Below, one piece after another: positions 7,090 through 17,800 of a stretch of 64,000 nt of DNA (position 1 is the first letter of the stretch; each line of letters begins with the position of its first letter). The translations under genes were made by a program, and so were the position numbers. Below the pieces are notes generated by a model that made no database searches, was not told the DNA's origin, and worked only from the letters and a program-made list of their open reading frames with translations. Source of the stretch: a virus; the IMG/VR virus record IMGVR_UViG_3300045988_060255, one strand, 5' to 3'.

Positions 7090-8517
7090 TCATTTAGAAA
7101 TTTCTGTGATTCTGGTAAACGTTCCCTTTGGGATAAACTCAAAAACGAACCCTTCTGTCGGATGCGGGATGCGAATGAAGTACCATTTAAGTCCCGAACT
7201 GTCGGTTTCTGTGTACTTCATTACCTCTACAACTGCACCTTTTTTCAGTTTTGGAAACAGCTTTGACGGGCTGTTTTTGTTTGATTTTGTATAGCATTTT
7301 GTGTCCTTTTTTATCTGCGCAATGTAGGCTCTAGTGTTCTGCTTTTTGGCTGTATCTGAGCCTGAAACTGACGTTGTATTTTTAACTAAACTGTAATTTG
7401 GAGTGCAGAATTTTGTTCCTGGAAGGTTGCTGTTGTAGTAACTTTTCTGGCATACACCACCACCATTTGCGATAATTGTAGAGCCACCAGAAGTATTTCC
7501 TTCGACTGTCCAGAACCGATCTCCTGACACTTTTATTACGATTCCAGTATGCGTAAATTCTCCGTTTCTGTAGAAAATAACAATGTCTCCGACTTTTGGA
7601 TTGCTGTTTAAAGTAAACAAATCTGCCATTGTCGGGCAGTAAACGTATGGCCAGTGTTTCAAAAGTTTCTTCGCTGTGTCTAAGCCGAATGCTTTCATCA
7701 TGCACCATGAAACGAATGCAGCGCACCATGGCTGCCCCTGATAAGATGGTTTTATATCTCTCCAATATTTTGTGTAATTATTCTCTCCGGCGTTTGCTGT
7801 TTTGCTGTCAAGTTGACTATTGCTTGCCTTTTCGAGATAGCCAACCTCGTTCTTTGCGATCTGGATTAATTTGTCAATTGCGTTCATGCTCGTTTCCTCA
7901 CTTTCTGGAAAATATGTTTTTAATGCGTTATAAACAACTCTCTGCCTGCTCTCGTATGCCCCAACTTGGTTCCCTGTGTCCGTCTGACAAGCTGCATAGA
8001 GATTATCGAGCGTATATGGCTTCTGGGTCTTTGCCAGAATCCGTGTTACCGCCCCCTGCCCGCCTTGGTGCCTAAAGTTCACGCACATGGCTTGTGCTCT
8101 AGCGTCCGTAACGCCCTGTTTAAGGGCTTCATCTGCATAGGTGGCTAATTGTTCATCCATAAGGCTATCTTGGCATTTAACACCCAAATCGGACGAAATA
8201 AGGGCAACTATGGTGTCGGCAAGCTGTGACACTCTGGAGATATTAAAACATTCCCAGTTTGCGGTCTGAACTTGTTCCAGAAGTCTGACCTTGTCTATCT
8301 TCTCCCACTGTTCCGGGTCGGCATCGTAAATTCGTTCCAGAAGTGTTTTAGCTTCGGTTGCGTACCACGCTCCTGCCCCGATTGTAATTGCGTGTTCTTC
8401 AGAAGAATTGGTGTAGGCTTCCGTGAAGTCCGAATAATCCTGTTGTCCGTAAACCTGTCCACCAGTTTCGACCGCATAAATAATCTTCCTGAGAACTGTT
8501 TTCTGTTCGTTTGTCAT
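7090..8517 (-). CDS. multidomain endolysin (N-terminal glycosidase-like domain, central CHAP peptidase, C-terminal SH3-like binding domain)
   Basis: CHAP signature QPWCAAFVSWC...FTHTGIV...TVEGN. C-terminal KKGAVVEVMKYTETDSSGLKWYFIRI is SH3-like. Confidence 0.8.
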   Translation of the reverse strand: MTNEQKTVLRKIIYAVETGGQVYGQQDYSDFTEAYTNSSEEHAITIGAGAWYATEAKTLLERIYDADPEQWEKIDKVRLLEQVQTANWECFNISRVSQLADTIVALISSDLGVKCQDSLMDEQLATYADEALKQGVTDARAQAMCVNFRHQGGQGAVTRILAKTQKPYTLDNLYAACQTDTGNQVGAYESRQRVVYNALKTYFPESEETSMNAIDKLIQIAKNEVGYLEKASNSQLDSKTANAGENNYTKYWRDIKPSYQGQPWCAAFVSWCMMKAFGLDTAKKLLKHWPYVYCPTMADLFTLNSNPKVGDIVIFYRNGEFTHTGIVIKVSGDRFWTVEGNTSGGSTIIANGGGVCQKSYYNSNLPGTKFCTPNYSLVKNTTSVSGSDTAKKQNTRAYIAQIKKDTKCYTKSNKNSPSKLFPKLKKGAVVEVMKYTETDSSGLKWYFIRIPHPTEGFVFEFIPKGTFTRITEISK

Positions 8518-9133
8518 ATCACGTTGCTCCTTTCTGTTAAATATGCCTTATAATCTCCGTATTTGCCACTAGAATCAATTTTTATATGTTATTCAAGGAT
8601 TTTATCGAATTACGCATAAAATCGTTATATGAGTCAAATACGAGGTTGTTAATAAAAATGGTTTGCCTTGGGCTGAAACGAATTGAGAATGTCAGGGTCA
8701 AATAACGCTTATTTGACGATTAATATATATCTCGTATATATATTAATTATATTCTTATTCTATTTCTTATTCTTATTCTATTGCGTTACATTGCGTTACT
8801 GGTAACGTTATTGTAACGTTACATTGAGATATTATGTAAACGAAAATTGCTCGTTGACAGAATACTTATTTCTGAATTTTATTATTTTCTCAGATGATTG
8901 ATTTATTCTGAAAACAAGCAAAATTTACGTTTACAAATTATTCATTTTTTATTTTTAATATAGTTACATTTTAGTACGGTCAGGGCTGAGATTTTGAGGC
9001 TATTTGGCAAATAAGGGCTTATTTCGGTTTTTTCGGGAAAATGCGCTCTTATTTGTGATTTTAGGCTTCTTATTTGCAAAAATTAACATTAAAATAAGCA
9101 AAAAGAGCCGATGGAAGTGAGATTTTACAATGA

Positions 9134-9793
9134 TTATGACATCACATACTCAATTAATTTCTGTGGTGTGCTGAATGTTCCCATACCCTCTACATATATA
9201 TCTTTTGTATAGTTTCCCGAACTTCCCGAAATATTTGGAAAATTTTCATTGAAAGAAACAGCAGATAATCCATCATAGCTGTAAGGACCACTTCCAAAGC
9301 CGCTAAGGAAACTATAATAGCCATCGTATTTGTTTTTTCCTACGCCTAAATATGCATATTGTTCTTTTTCGTAAGTTACATTTCCGTCCTTATCCCACTG
9401 TTGCCATGTTCTTTTCACAAATTTTCCAATGCTAGGTGCATATTTACTAGAAAATGTTGCTTCGAAAAGTAGGTATGCATATACAAAATATGAATGCCAT
9501 GGAGGTGTTGAGCCCGATACATTGACCAAAGAAGCACCAGCATTTCCTAGTTCTGTTATTGAATAGTTGCCGTTTTCTGATACGTTCATAATGGCTTCGC
9601 TATATTCGCAAACATAAGAATTTCCGTCAGAATCGCGTCCTGTAAATCGTGTAAAGATTCGAAGCAATTCTTTTGGAGAATCATCGCTTTTCTTCCAGAG
9701 AAGTGTATCACCGCCATAAATCTCGTCTGTATTTACACCATTGATGGGAAAATCTTCAATTTCCTGTCTGTTCAAAAACGCCTTATATATCAT
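9134..9793 (-). CDS. tail-tip associated hypothetical protein (219 aa)
   Basis: Track ORF immediately downstream of the large receptor-binding protein. Confidence 0.55.
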   Translation of the reverse strand: MIYKAFLNRQEIEDFPINGVNTDEIYGGDTLLWKKSDDSPKELLRIFTRFTGRDSDGNSYVCEYSEAIMNVSENGNYSITELGNAGASLVNVSGSTPPWHSYFVYAYLLFEATFSSKYAPSIGKFVKRTWQQWDKDGNVTYEKEQYAYLGVGKNKYDGYYSFLSGFGSGPYSYDGLSAVSFNENFPNISGSSGNYTKDIYVEGMGTFSTPQKLIEYVMS

Positions 9794-9797
9794 CCAA

Positions 9798-12700
9798 TCA
9801 GCCCTCCTTAAATGTGAAATACAATGTATCTGTTCGGTCAGTTCCTGCGGCTACAAGAGCGTCGTAATCAGCTTTCTTGATTCGCTTTATGCACCTTAAT
9901 TGTGCCTTTTTTAATTGCCCGGAAGTACTACCAGAATCGCCAGAACCGTCCGTAAAATCATCAATCATTGCCGGTGAAAATTCAGAATCCGAACCGTCTG
10001 TAAATTCTGCATAACTGATTGTCGGCATTTCAGATCGTGTAAGGTTAACCGTTCCAGATATTTCAGGAGTATATTTTCCTAACTGCTGACTGTTGCTATT
10101 AAACGGTGCATTATTGGCAGAATAGGTGTCAATCATGTCTGTAGCGCCGATTTTAAGCGTCCTGCTCATAATGTATGAATGAACGTACCATTGCAGTTCT
10201 GTAGGCTCCTGATCGTCGTGCTGAATCTGCTTCTTATAGTAGAGTTCGACTGCCTGTCCAACCATGTTCAGTGGGTTTCCCTGAACATCGGCGGTATATC
10301 CCTGCGCACGGTAATATTTCCGTAAATCTTGATTTACGAATACGCCATAGCAGATTTTCATAATCGGTTCAGCCCTTGAAATACCGCCATATTCATCAGC
10401 ATCCCAAACATAATTCAGCCAGTCTTCATTTCCTACAAAGAAGCTATTTCTGTTGTAATAAACGTTGTTATCATACGCTTCTTGCGCTGTATAGTCGCCT
10501 TGCGTAAAGCCAAAGGCTCTATTCGGGTCGGGGTCACAAAATATAATATTCGGGAACCAGATTCTGCCCTCTTTTGCGGTAAAACTCTTGAATGTATCAA
10601 GATGTACTTCTTCGTTATTGTAGTATTTATAAATGTTCTGATTACCGGTGGTCTGCCCGTATCTGTAACTGTTCTGGCGAAGTTTCAGATACTCAAACTT
10701 GCCGTCCCTGTTCATCCAACCAAAACGGTCATTCTGCAAGCATAAATCTTTCAGAATATTTACTACGTTCATTTCATTTGAATTATTCGTATCAGGCACA
10801 TAGGTGTCGTCCCAATGCAACTTTGTACTGACCTGTTCAAGCCCTAAAAACTCAAATAATTTATCCCTGAATTGCTTTTGAGTCAGCTTTTTCTTCTTAT
10901 CAGTCGTCTGGTTTTTATACCACCTTGCAATGTCAGTATTTCGTAATTTATACAGATAATCGTATGCGATAAAATTACGTGTCAGGGAATTTGCTTTCCG
11001 CTCTGCGCTGTCGATTTCGCCTGTGAAGATTTTGATTTTTGTTCCTTTTCTCTCGACGTAAACTTCAATTTTTCCATGCGGATAAAACTCTTCCGAGGTA
11101 CCGTTAAACTGGTCGTGGTGAGCCTGAAACGTTATCTGATTACAGACACAGCCGCCAAAAATGAAATAGCTTTCAGAACAAATAGACTCCTGCAAAGTAA
11201 GCGTATTCTGGTCGATATTTTCATTTGTAAGGTCGGCAAATTCGCCATTAATCCAGTGTACTGTAACATTGATTGGTTCAGTTTTTTCTTCTTCAACTTC
11301 GCCAGAACCACCACTTGAGCTATCATCAAATGGGTTTTTTCCGTCGTTCGTGACTTTAATTTGAAAACTGTCGGAACCAACAAATTTGGAAGTTCCGTTG
11401 ACTGTGGCATTATAAGAAACTGTGATGGTCTTAGAACCTGCGGTAGAACTATCGAAGCCAGAAATATCATAATCTGTAATTTCTTTCTCGGTTCCATCCT
11501 GTCTTACTTCTGCAACGGTAAGACCCGATGGGTCGAATGCTTCTCCGATTTTGTAATAAACCTTGGATGGAAAACTTGTGATTCTTATTCCGGAAAGATC
11601 GTATACGGTTACTTTAAAAGTATCGGTATGTGTTTTGTAGGTTACTGTGATTGTTTTTTCGCCAACAGAAGAACTATCAAATCCAGATATTTCAAATCCG
11701 CTTGTCTTTGTTTCTGATGTGCCATCAGTATATTTAACAAGGATTGACAATCCAGTTGCGTCGAATACATCTCCTTTCGGATATTCGGTTTTTACAGGCA
11801 TAGTTTTTACTTCGATTCCAGAAATGTCTACCACAAGAATACTGAAATCCACGGTCTTTTCATCGAATGTAACCGTTACAGTTTTATTTCCGTATACTGA
11901 CATATCCGGGCTTGATAAGGTATATCCTGTTACTTGTTCTGACGTATTATCGTTGTAGTATGCAGCAATTACAAGTCCTGCGCTGTCAAAAGTTTCGCCT
12001 ACGAAATATCTGGCTTTGGTTGGCATATGAGTAACTTCAAGTCTGGTTGCCCGAATTAACCATGTGATTGTGCCAGATGCTCCCCACGGTGAACCAGAGA
12101 TTTCATTTGTTTTTTTGTTCAGTGTGATATTTGTTGTAACAGGCGTGTTAAAAGCATTTTCCCAAATGACCGTAACGCTTGCAGGAATAGACACGTTTGT
12201 AAGTTGTGTTCCGCGAAACGCCTGAGCGCCAATAGTTTGAACGCCGTCAGGAATTACCAGATTTTTAAGTGAAGTATTGTAAAACGCATTATCTCCAATG
12301 TTTATAACACTTGCAGGAATAGTAATTTCCGTGATTTTCCCACAGTTCGCAAAACACGATGTTGGTATTACTGTTATTCCGTCTTCAATGGTAACTGTTT
12401 TTAAAGTACTAGAACATGGTGTAAAATGTGATGTTCCGGTAAATTTAACCGTGCTTTTTAGCGTAAGATTTTCGAGCGCAGAAAGCAATTTCGTTCCATT
12501 TGTTCCGTCAATAGTTCCGCCGCGAATTATCAAATTCTTGCAATTTGGAATAAAAATACCGGATGAATTGAATATGGAATCTGCATTTCCGATTTCAACA
12601 TTATCTATTGTCGCCCCTGAAAAAGCACCGGATGATAACGAAGTCAACGACGTTGGAAAAACAATGTTTTTTAATTTTGGACACTCATTGAATGTGCCGC

Positions 12701-14342
12701 CCTCAATTGTTTGTAAGCCATCATGAAAAAGTAGTTCTGTTAGATTAGGACAAGAGTAAAACACGCCTCCTAGAATCGTTTTAATTGATGACGGAAATTC
12801 AAGTTTAGTTCCTAAAAATATTGAAAAATTTCCACGTTCGATTTCTGCGATCGTGTTTGAAAAAACAATGCTTTCCAATTTTTTGAATGAGGAACTAAAT
12901 CCGCTCCTAATGCCAGTGATTCCGTCTCCAAAAACCATTTTTGTACATCTTTTATATAAGCTGTCAGGGATAGAAATGTCGGATTTCTCTAAACTATCAG
13001 ATAAACTATATGTGAATTTTCCAGTTCCAGATATGGTTAAAGTATTTGCATCAATGTCGAATTCAGCTGTCACATCTTCGTAATTCGGAGAACCGATATG
13101 TATCAAAAGAGAACTGTATACTGTGACATTTGACGTAATTGCCACGCCAAAATATTCTACATTAATAGGAATTACACCGGCTTCCAAAAGCGCCTTATTT
13201 TCAATTGTGTATCCGCTTGTCACTTCCTCTGAGCCGTCTGAGTATTCTACAGTTATATAAGATACCTTAAGATCTAATGCATCACCGACAAAATAATATT
13301 TGCCTTGACAAAATATGTCCGAGATTCTTTCTGGTTGCATAATAGTAACTTCAAATGTACAAGTGAAACTGCCATAATGAACTGTAATTTCACATTGCTT
13401 TGGAGAACTACTGTCAAAACCAGAATATGTACAATCTTTTGTGACATCTATAGTGTTTCCGTCACTTGCCGTTGCCGTAACCACAATGCCTGTAGAATCA
13501 AATTCTTTTCCTATGTGATAATTTACCTTGCTTGGCATAGTCGTTACTGATATGGTGGTAATAGAAGCTTCTGAGACGGTAATCTCAAACGTTGTGGTTT
13601 TGCCAGATACAGTAACGGTTATGGTCTTTGTACCTGCGGAACTGCTGTCAAATCCTGATAATTCATAATTGGTGATGGTTTCTGATGTTCCATCATTGTA
13701 TGTTTGAGACACTGCAAGGCCTGTGCTGTCAAATAATTCGCCCTGATAGTACGTGGTCTTATCTGGCATTTTTGACACAGTAATTCCAGTGACATATTTG
13801 TCAACAAACTTCTCATAGCTGACTTTCTGTGATACACCTGCGTTCTTTACCAGAATTGAAACCGGAACCGTAGAAGATACGGAAAGAGTTAGGGTTGTTG
13901 TGGCTTTACCGTCGGTGATTGACGATGTACCAGTGTATGAACTGCTTGTAGGTCTCTGAACGACATTGATAAATAATGTCTGTCCTTCTATCAAGAATAC
14001 TTCGTATTTCAGCGCATATGATGAAGATGTACTTGAATAATATACATATCCTTCAACTCTGATTTTGAGGAATCTTTTTCCTGATGTGAGTGTTCCTTCC
14101 TGTCGGTAAATATAATAAACCGCGCCATCCCTGCGCCAGATTTTGAGTTGTTCGGCGTTTTGCCCGAATCCGATAAAATTGTTACCAGAAACATATATAG
14201 TACTGGCAGTCTTTCCTGCATAGGTAAACCAGTCAACACCTGTTACACTGACTACATCATCATCGTGTTTCTTGTTGTTAACAATAGCAGTCATCCCGGC
14301 TGTCGTATTCAATAAACTGTCAAAAGATACTGTATCTGCCAT
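9798..14342 (-). CDS. giant tail/receptor-binding protein with ~6 Ig-like repeats, BspA-type leucine-rich repeats and a C-terminal tail-tip-like region
   Basis: GGGAGGA RBS. Repeated ...Y.GE.FD.TGL.V...Y.DGT.E.IT.Y..SGFDSS..G.KTITV modules. LRR block ...IPDSL..CT.L..I.F..GIT.I....F..C..L. Confidence 0.8.
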   Translation of the reverse strand: MADTVSFDSLLNTTAGMTAIVNNKKHDDDVVSVTGVDWFTYAGKTASTIYVSGNNFIGFGQNAEQLKIWRRDGAVYYIYRQEGTLTSGKRFLKIRVEGYVYYSSTSSSYALKYEVFLIEGQTLFINVVQRPTSSSYTGTSSITDGKATTTLTLSVSSTVPVSILVKNAGVSQKVSYEKFVDKYVTGITVSKMPDKTTYYQGELFDSTGLAVSQTYNDGTSETITNYELSGFDSSSAGTKTITVTVSGKTTTFEITVSEASITTISVTTMPSKVNYHIGKEFDSTGIVVTATASDGNTIDVTKDCTYSGFDSSSPKQCEITVHYGSFTCTFEVTIMQPERISDIFCQGKYYFVGDALDLKVSYITVEYSDGSEEVTSGYTIENKALLEAGVIPINVEYFGVAITSNVTVYSSLLIHIGSPNYEDVTAEFDIDANTLTISGTGKFTYSLSDSLEKSDISIPDSLYKRCTKMVFGDGITGIRSGFSSSFKKLESIVFSNTIAEIERGNFSIFLGTKLEFPSSIKTILGGVFYSCPNLTELLFHDGLQTIEGGTFNECPKLKNIVFPTSLTSLSSGAFSGATIDNVEIGNADSIFNSSGIFIPNCKNLIIRGGTIDGTNGTKLLSALENLTLKSTVKFTGTSHFTPCSSTLKTVTIEDGITVIPTSCFANCGKITEITIPASVINIGDNAFYNTSLKNLVIPDGVQTIGAQAFRGTQLTNVSIPASVTVIWENAFNTPVTTNITLNKKTNEISGSPWGASGTITWLIRATRLEVTHMPTKARYFVGETFDSAGLVIAAYYNDNTSEQVTGYTLSSPDMSVYGNKTVTVTFDEKTVDFSILVVDISGIEVKTMPVKTEYPKGDVFDATGLSILVKYTDGTSETKTSGFEISGFDSSSVGEKTITVTYKTHTDTFKVTVYDLSGIRITSFPSKVYYKIGEAFDPSGLTVAEVRQDGTEKEITDYDISGFDSSTAGSKTITVSYNATVNGTSKFVGSDSFQIKVTNDGKNPFDDSSSGGSGEVEEEKTEPINVTVHWINGEFADLTNENIDQNTLTLQESICSESYFIFGGCVCNQITFQAHHDQFNGTSEEFYPHGKIEVYVERKGTKIKIFTGEIDSAERKANSLTRNFIAYDYLYKLRNTDIARWYKNQTTDKKKKLTQKQFRDKLFEFLGLEQVSTKLHWDDTYVPDTNNSNEMNVVNILKDLCLQNDRFGWMNRDGKFEYLKLRQNSYRYGQTTGNQNIYKYYNNEEVHLDTFKSFTAKEGRIWFPNIIFCDPDPNRAFGFTQGDYTAQEAYDNNVYYNRNSFFVGNEDWLNYVWDADEYGGISRAEPIMKICYGVFVNQDLRKYYRAQGYTADVQGNPLNMVGQAVELYYKKQIQHDDQEPTELQWYVHSYIMSRTLKIGATDMIDTYSANNAPFNSNSQQLGKYTPEISGTVNLTRSEMPTISYAEFTDGSDSEFSPAMIDDFTDGSGDSGSTSGQLKKAQLRCIKRIKKADYDALVAAGTDRTDTLYFTFKEG

Positions 14343-14409
14343 AATCATCCTCCCGTCTATTTATAAAATAAAAGAGCACATGAGCTGTGACACTCATGCA
14401 CTCTGGTTG

Positions 14410-14841
14410 TTAGTATTCGATCAGTGCGAACCGCATCTTATTATAAAGAATGTTCTTTGTCTCTTCGTCCACATTGATAATTTTGTAATCCACATCGGGC
14501 ATATAAAAAACCCCCGTTCTGTAGGTGTTCTGCTCATCATCCCAATATGTGACATTGTACTTCCGCTGCGCTCTGTTGACCAAGCCAGAAGCAAATGCAG
14601 ACTGCAAATCAATCTTCTCTGCCAGATAAAGCGGTCTGGTATTAAAATCAATCTTTGTCTTAAAATTCGGGCTTGTGTCCCTGTGCAAGAGATTATTCAA
14701 GTCCCTGTATGCTTCTACTTCTGTTCTCTGGTTTGGAGTTGCAGTGTAATCATCGTAGGCGAGGTATTTGTTTGGAACAACTTTGCTTCCAAACTTCAAG
14801 AGCCATCCTTCAAAACTGCTTCCTGCAATAAAATCACTCAT
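14410..14841 (-). CDS. putative distal tail protein (143 aa)
   Basis: Position between the tape measure and the tail-tip protein. Confidence 0.5.
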   Translation of the reverse strand: MSDFIAGSSFEGWLLKFGSKVVPNKYLAYDDYTATPNQRTEVEAYRDLNNLLHRDTSPNFKTKIDFNTRPLYLAEKIDLQSAFASGLVNRAQRKYNVTYWDDEQNTYRTGVFYMPDVDYKIINVDEETKNILYNKMRFALIEY

Positions 14842-14850
14842 TTACCTCAC

Positions 14851-17800
14851 CTACCTTTCAAATAATCCGAATCCATTGCGGTTTCTGAACTGTTCGTTTT
14901 CCTCTTGCAAATATCCGACTAAGTGACCATCTGCATAAATTGCCATGCCTTTGACAGCTTCCCGGATAACCTGCGCGATATTCTGATTGTTGTCGAATGT
15001 GTTGTTACTGATTGCAATTACTTCACGGCGAATATCGTCACCAAAAGTACCATTCGCAGATACCGGCTTCTGATACATTCTGGCAGTCGGAACAGCCTTT
15101 ATATTGGCTTCCATTTGTGGGAGCTGAATGCCCTGTATAGATGTGCTTATATCCCCGATTGTAGAATGTAATGCCGGAATCATATTCTGCATACCTATCT
15201 GGAAGCCCTGCATGGTGTAGCCGCCAAGTTCTTCAAATACCTGAGATGGGCTGTGAATTTTGAGAACTTTGCGAAACGTATTTGATATATTTTGTGCGAT
15301 CTTTTGCACATTTGCATAAAGTTGTTGTGCCGCTCCTACAATTCCATTATTTAAGCCAATAATAGAGTTCCAACCGATATTATACAGGTTTCCAATGGAA
15401 TTGCTGATTCTGCTTCGGATTCTTCCGAACCATGTGAACGACGCAGAAAAGCCCGGCTCTAATCCGTTTCGGAATCCTTGACCGCAGTATTCTGCAAGCT
15501 GCTTGAACCATCTGGACGGAGAGTGGGAGTCTACTGCTTCCTGCGCAGGGGCTTTTACGCTGTTATTCATTAGGTCAAGAATCGAAGTCTTTGTGCTTTC
15601 TTTCTTCCCGTTAATTCCAGACTGTAATCCCTCTGCAATGTTGCTTCCAAGGGTTTTACCGCTTGATTTCGCAGTTTCTTCTGCATCTTTTGCAGATGAT
15701 TGAATTGTTGAGTTAAGCTTTTCAGTGACTTTGCTGCCGTTCTGCTCAATCCCACTACCTACGGCAAGAATCTGATTCTTTCCGAGTTCCGTAACTAATT
15801 CAAAACCAGAATTGTTATCCAGAACGCCGTTGATTGCCCCCTGCAGAGTTGAATCCATTGTACTTTGTAGAGTACTTTCATAGTCAGAAATACCTTTTCC
15901 AAACTGCACCATCTGTCCGTTTGCCAAAGTATAGTAACCGTTATCGTCCGGCTCTAATCCCTTTGCAATTTCCTGATAAATCTGTAATGCTTTTTCGCCG
16001 AGAATCTGTTTTCCATTTTCCCAGATACCACCCATTTCATCAATTGCATTTGCCGTATCTGTTACCAGAGTTGCAAAGTCAACGGTCTGGATAAGTGTCT
16101 GGAATCCCGTAAGCTGTTCTGAGATATCCTCAAACGACACATTGTTAATCCGATCAGCCATATTTGAAAACTGATTAGAGGATGTTTCCGCTGTATCTCC
16201 AAGGTCTTTGACTGGTTTGTTTACTCCTGCTATCGCATTCTCGAAATCTTCGGACGAAATTCCAAGATTATTAAGCTTAAGTTCAAGTTCAAATAACGCC
16301 TGTTCTGTGCTATATCCGTTATCTTTTAGCTCGGAAAGGAATGTTAATAAAGGATATGCTTGTTCGCCTGAAATCTGGCTTGCGTGAACCAAACCGAGAA
16401 TAGCATCTTCATACTCCTGAAATACCTTTAAATCGTCCTCTGTCAGTTTATCTCCGACTCCGAATATATCTTTCATCCATTCGTTGATAGCACCGGTAAA
16501 ATCTCCTTTTTGATATCCGAATACATTATCTTCCAAAAACTCTCCAAAAGTTTTATCTTCGCCGCCGAACAGATTGACGCTTATCCATTTTCCAAGGTTG
16601 AAACCTGCCATTGCAGTTCCTAAGACAACCATACTGTCTGCGAGTCCTGCTACAAGTGTAGAACCTAGTCCAGAGCCAAAGAATGTCTGCAATGCACCAC
16701 TGGCTGTGGAAAGAACCGTTCCTAACCCACCGAAGATTGTTCTGAGTGCACCGATAGAGCTAACTACATTGTATATGTTTCGAGCAAAATTAATGCTCCC
16801 TCTTATAATAAAAAACCGTGCTAGAGCTTCGCCAAGAGCTTCTATCTGCTTATCGTCAAGCTTTCCTAAGGCTTTTGCGAAAGCATCTAAGGCGCTTACT
16901 AATGCGTTAATCAGAGGGGCGCCGATATCGTTCAGCATTATATCGAAAAAGCTGATAAACCCATCTGCGAATCCCTCGGCAAATGGCTGGAATACATCCC
17001 ATACATCACCGATTGTTTTTATTAACGAATCCCAATTAATATTTTTGATGAAATTCACAATTACGTCTTTAAGATTCCCGATTCTTGTCCATAACCCGTC
17101 CCAATCAACATCAATCACTCCAAATTTATCAAGTGCGGCAACAGTAAGACCAAGTCCTGCCGCTATCGAAGCATATGGATGCGCTGCTAACATGGTGATT
17201 CCTTTGCCTATCACTCCTTCTTTACCGAAAATGCCACCGAACCATGTAAGTCCTTTAAATGCTACAAAAGCTGTCAGGAGCTGACCAAGGAAATAGCCGA
17301 TAGATTGTGCCTGTTCTGGCGAAAATGTTGCGATAAACTCTTTGAACCTGTCAACCAGATCAGGAAGTTTATTAACTCCATCTGCCGCCTTGTCAAAAAA
17401 ATCATCGAAGAAATCAAGTAATCCTGTTCCGACATTCTCAGCAAATGGCTCTAATACATCCCATAACTGTGCAAGGGAAGCATTGATTTTGTCCCAATTG
17501 ATCTTTACAAGAAAATCATTGAAAGCATTAATTAATCGCGGTAATCCCTTTTCTCCTAATGTCCACTTTCCAAGTGGAACTAAAAAGTGTTTCCAGAAAT
17601 CTTTTAATGCTGTCCATGTGAAATCTCTGAGTTGTTTCAATCCATTGTTCCAGAGATTTTTTAGTGCTTTTGTGGTAGGTTCTGCGACTTTTGCAAGTTT
17701 CTTAAATGTGTCTGTAACTTTATTTGCGAATGCCATAGCCTTATTTTCCATGGAATTGTAAGCGGCATCCCATTTCTTCTGGTATTCGTTCAAAAGTTTA

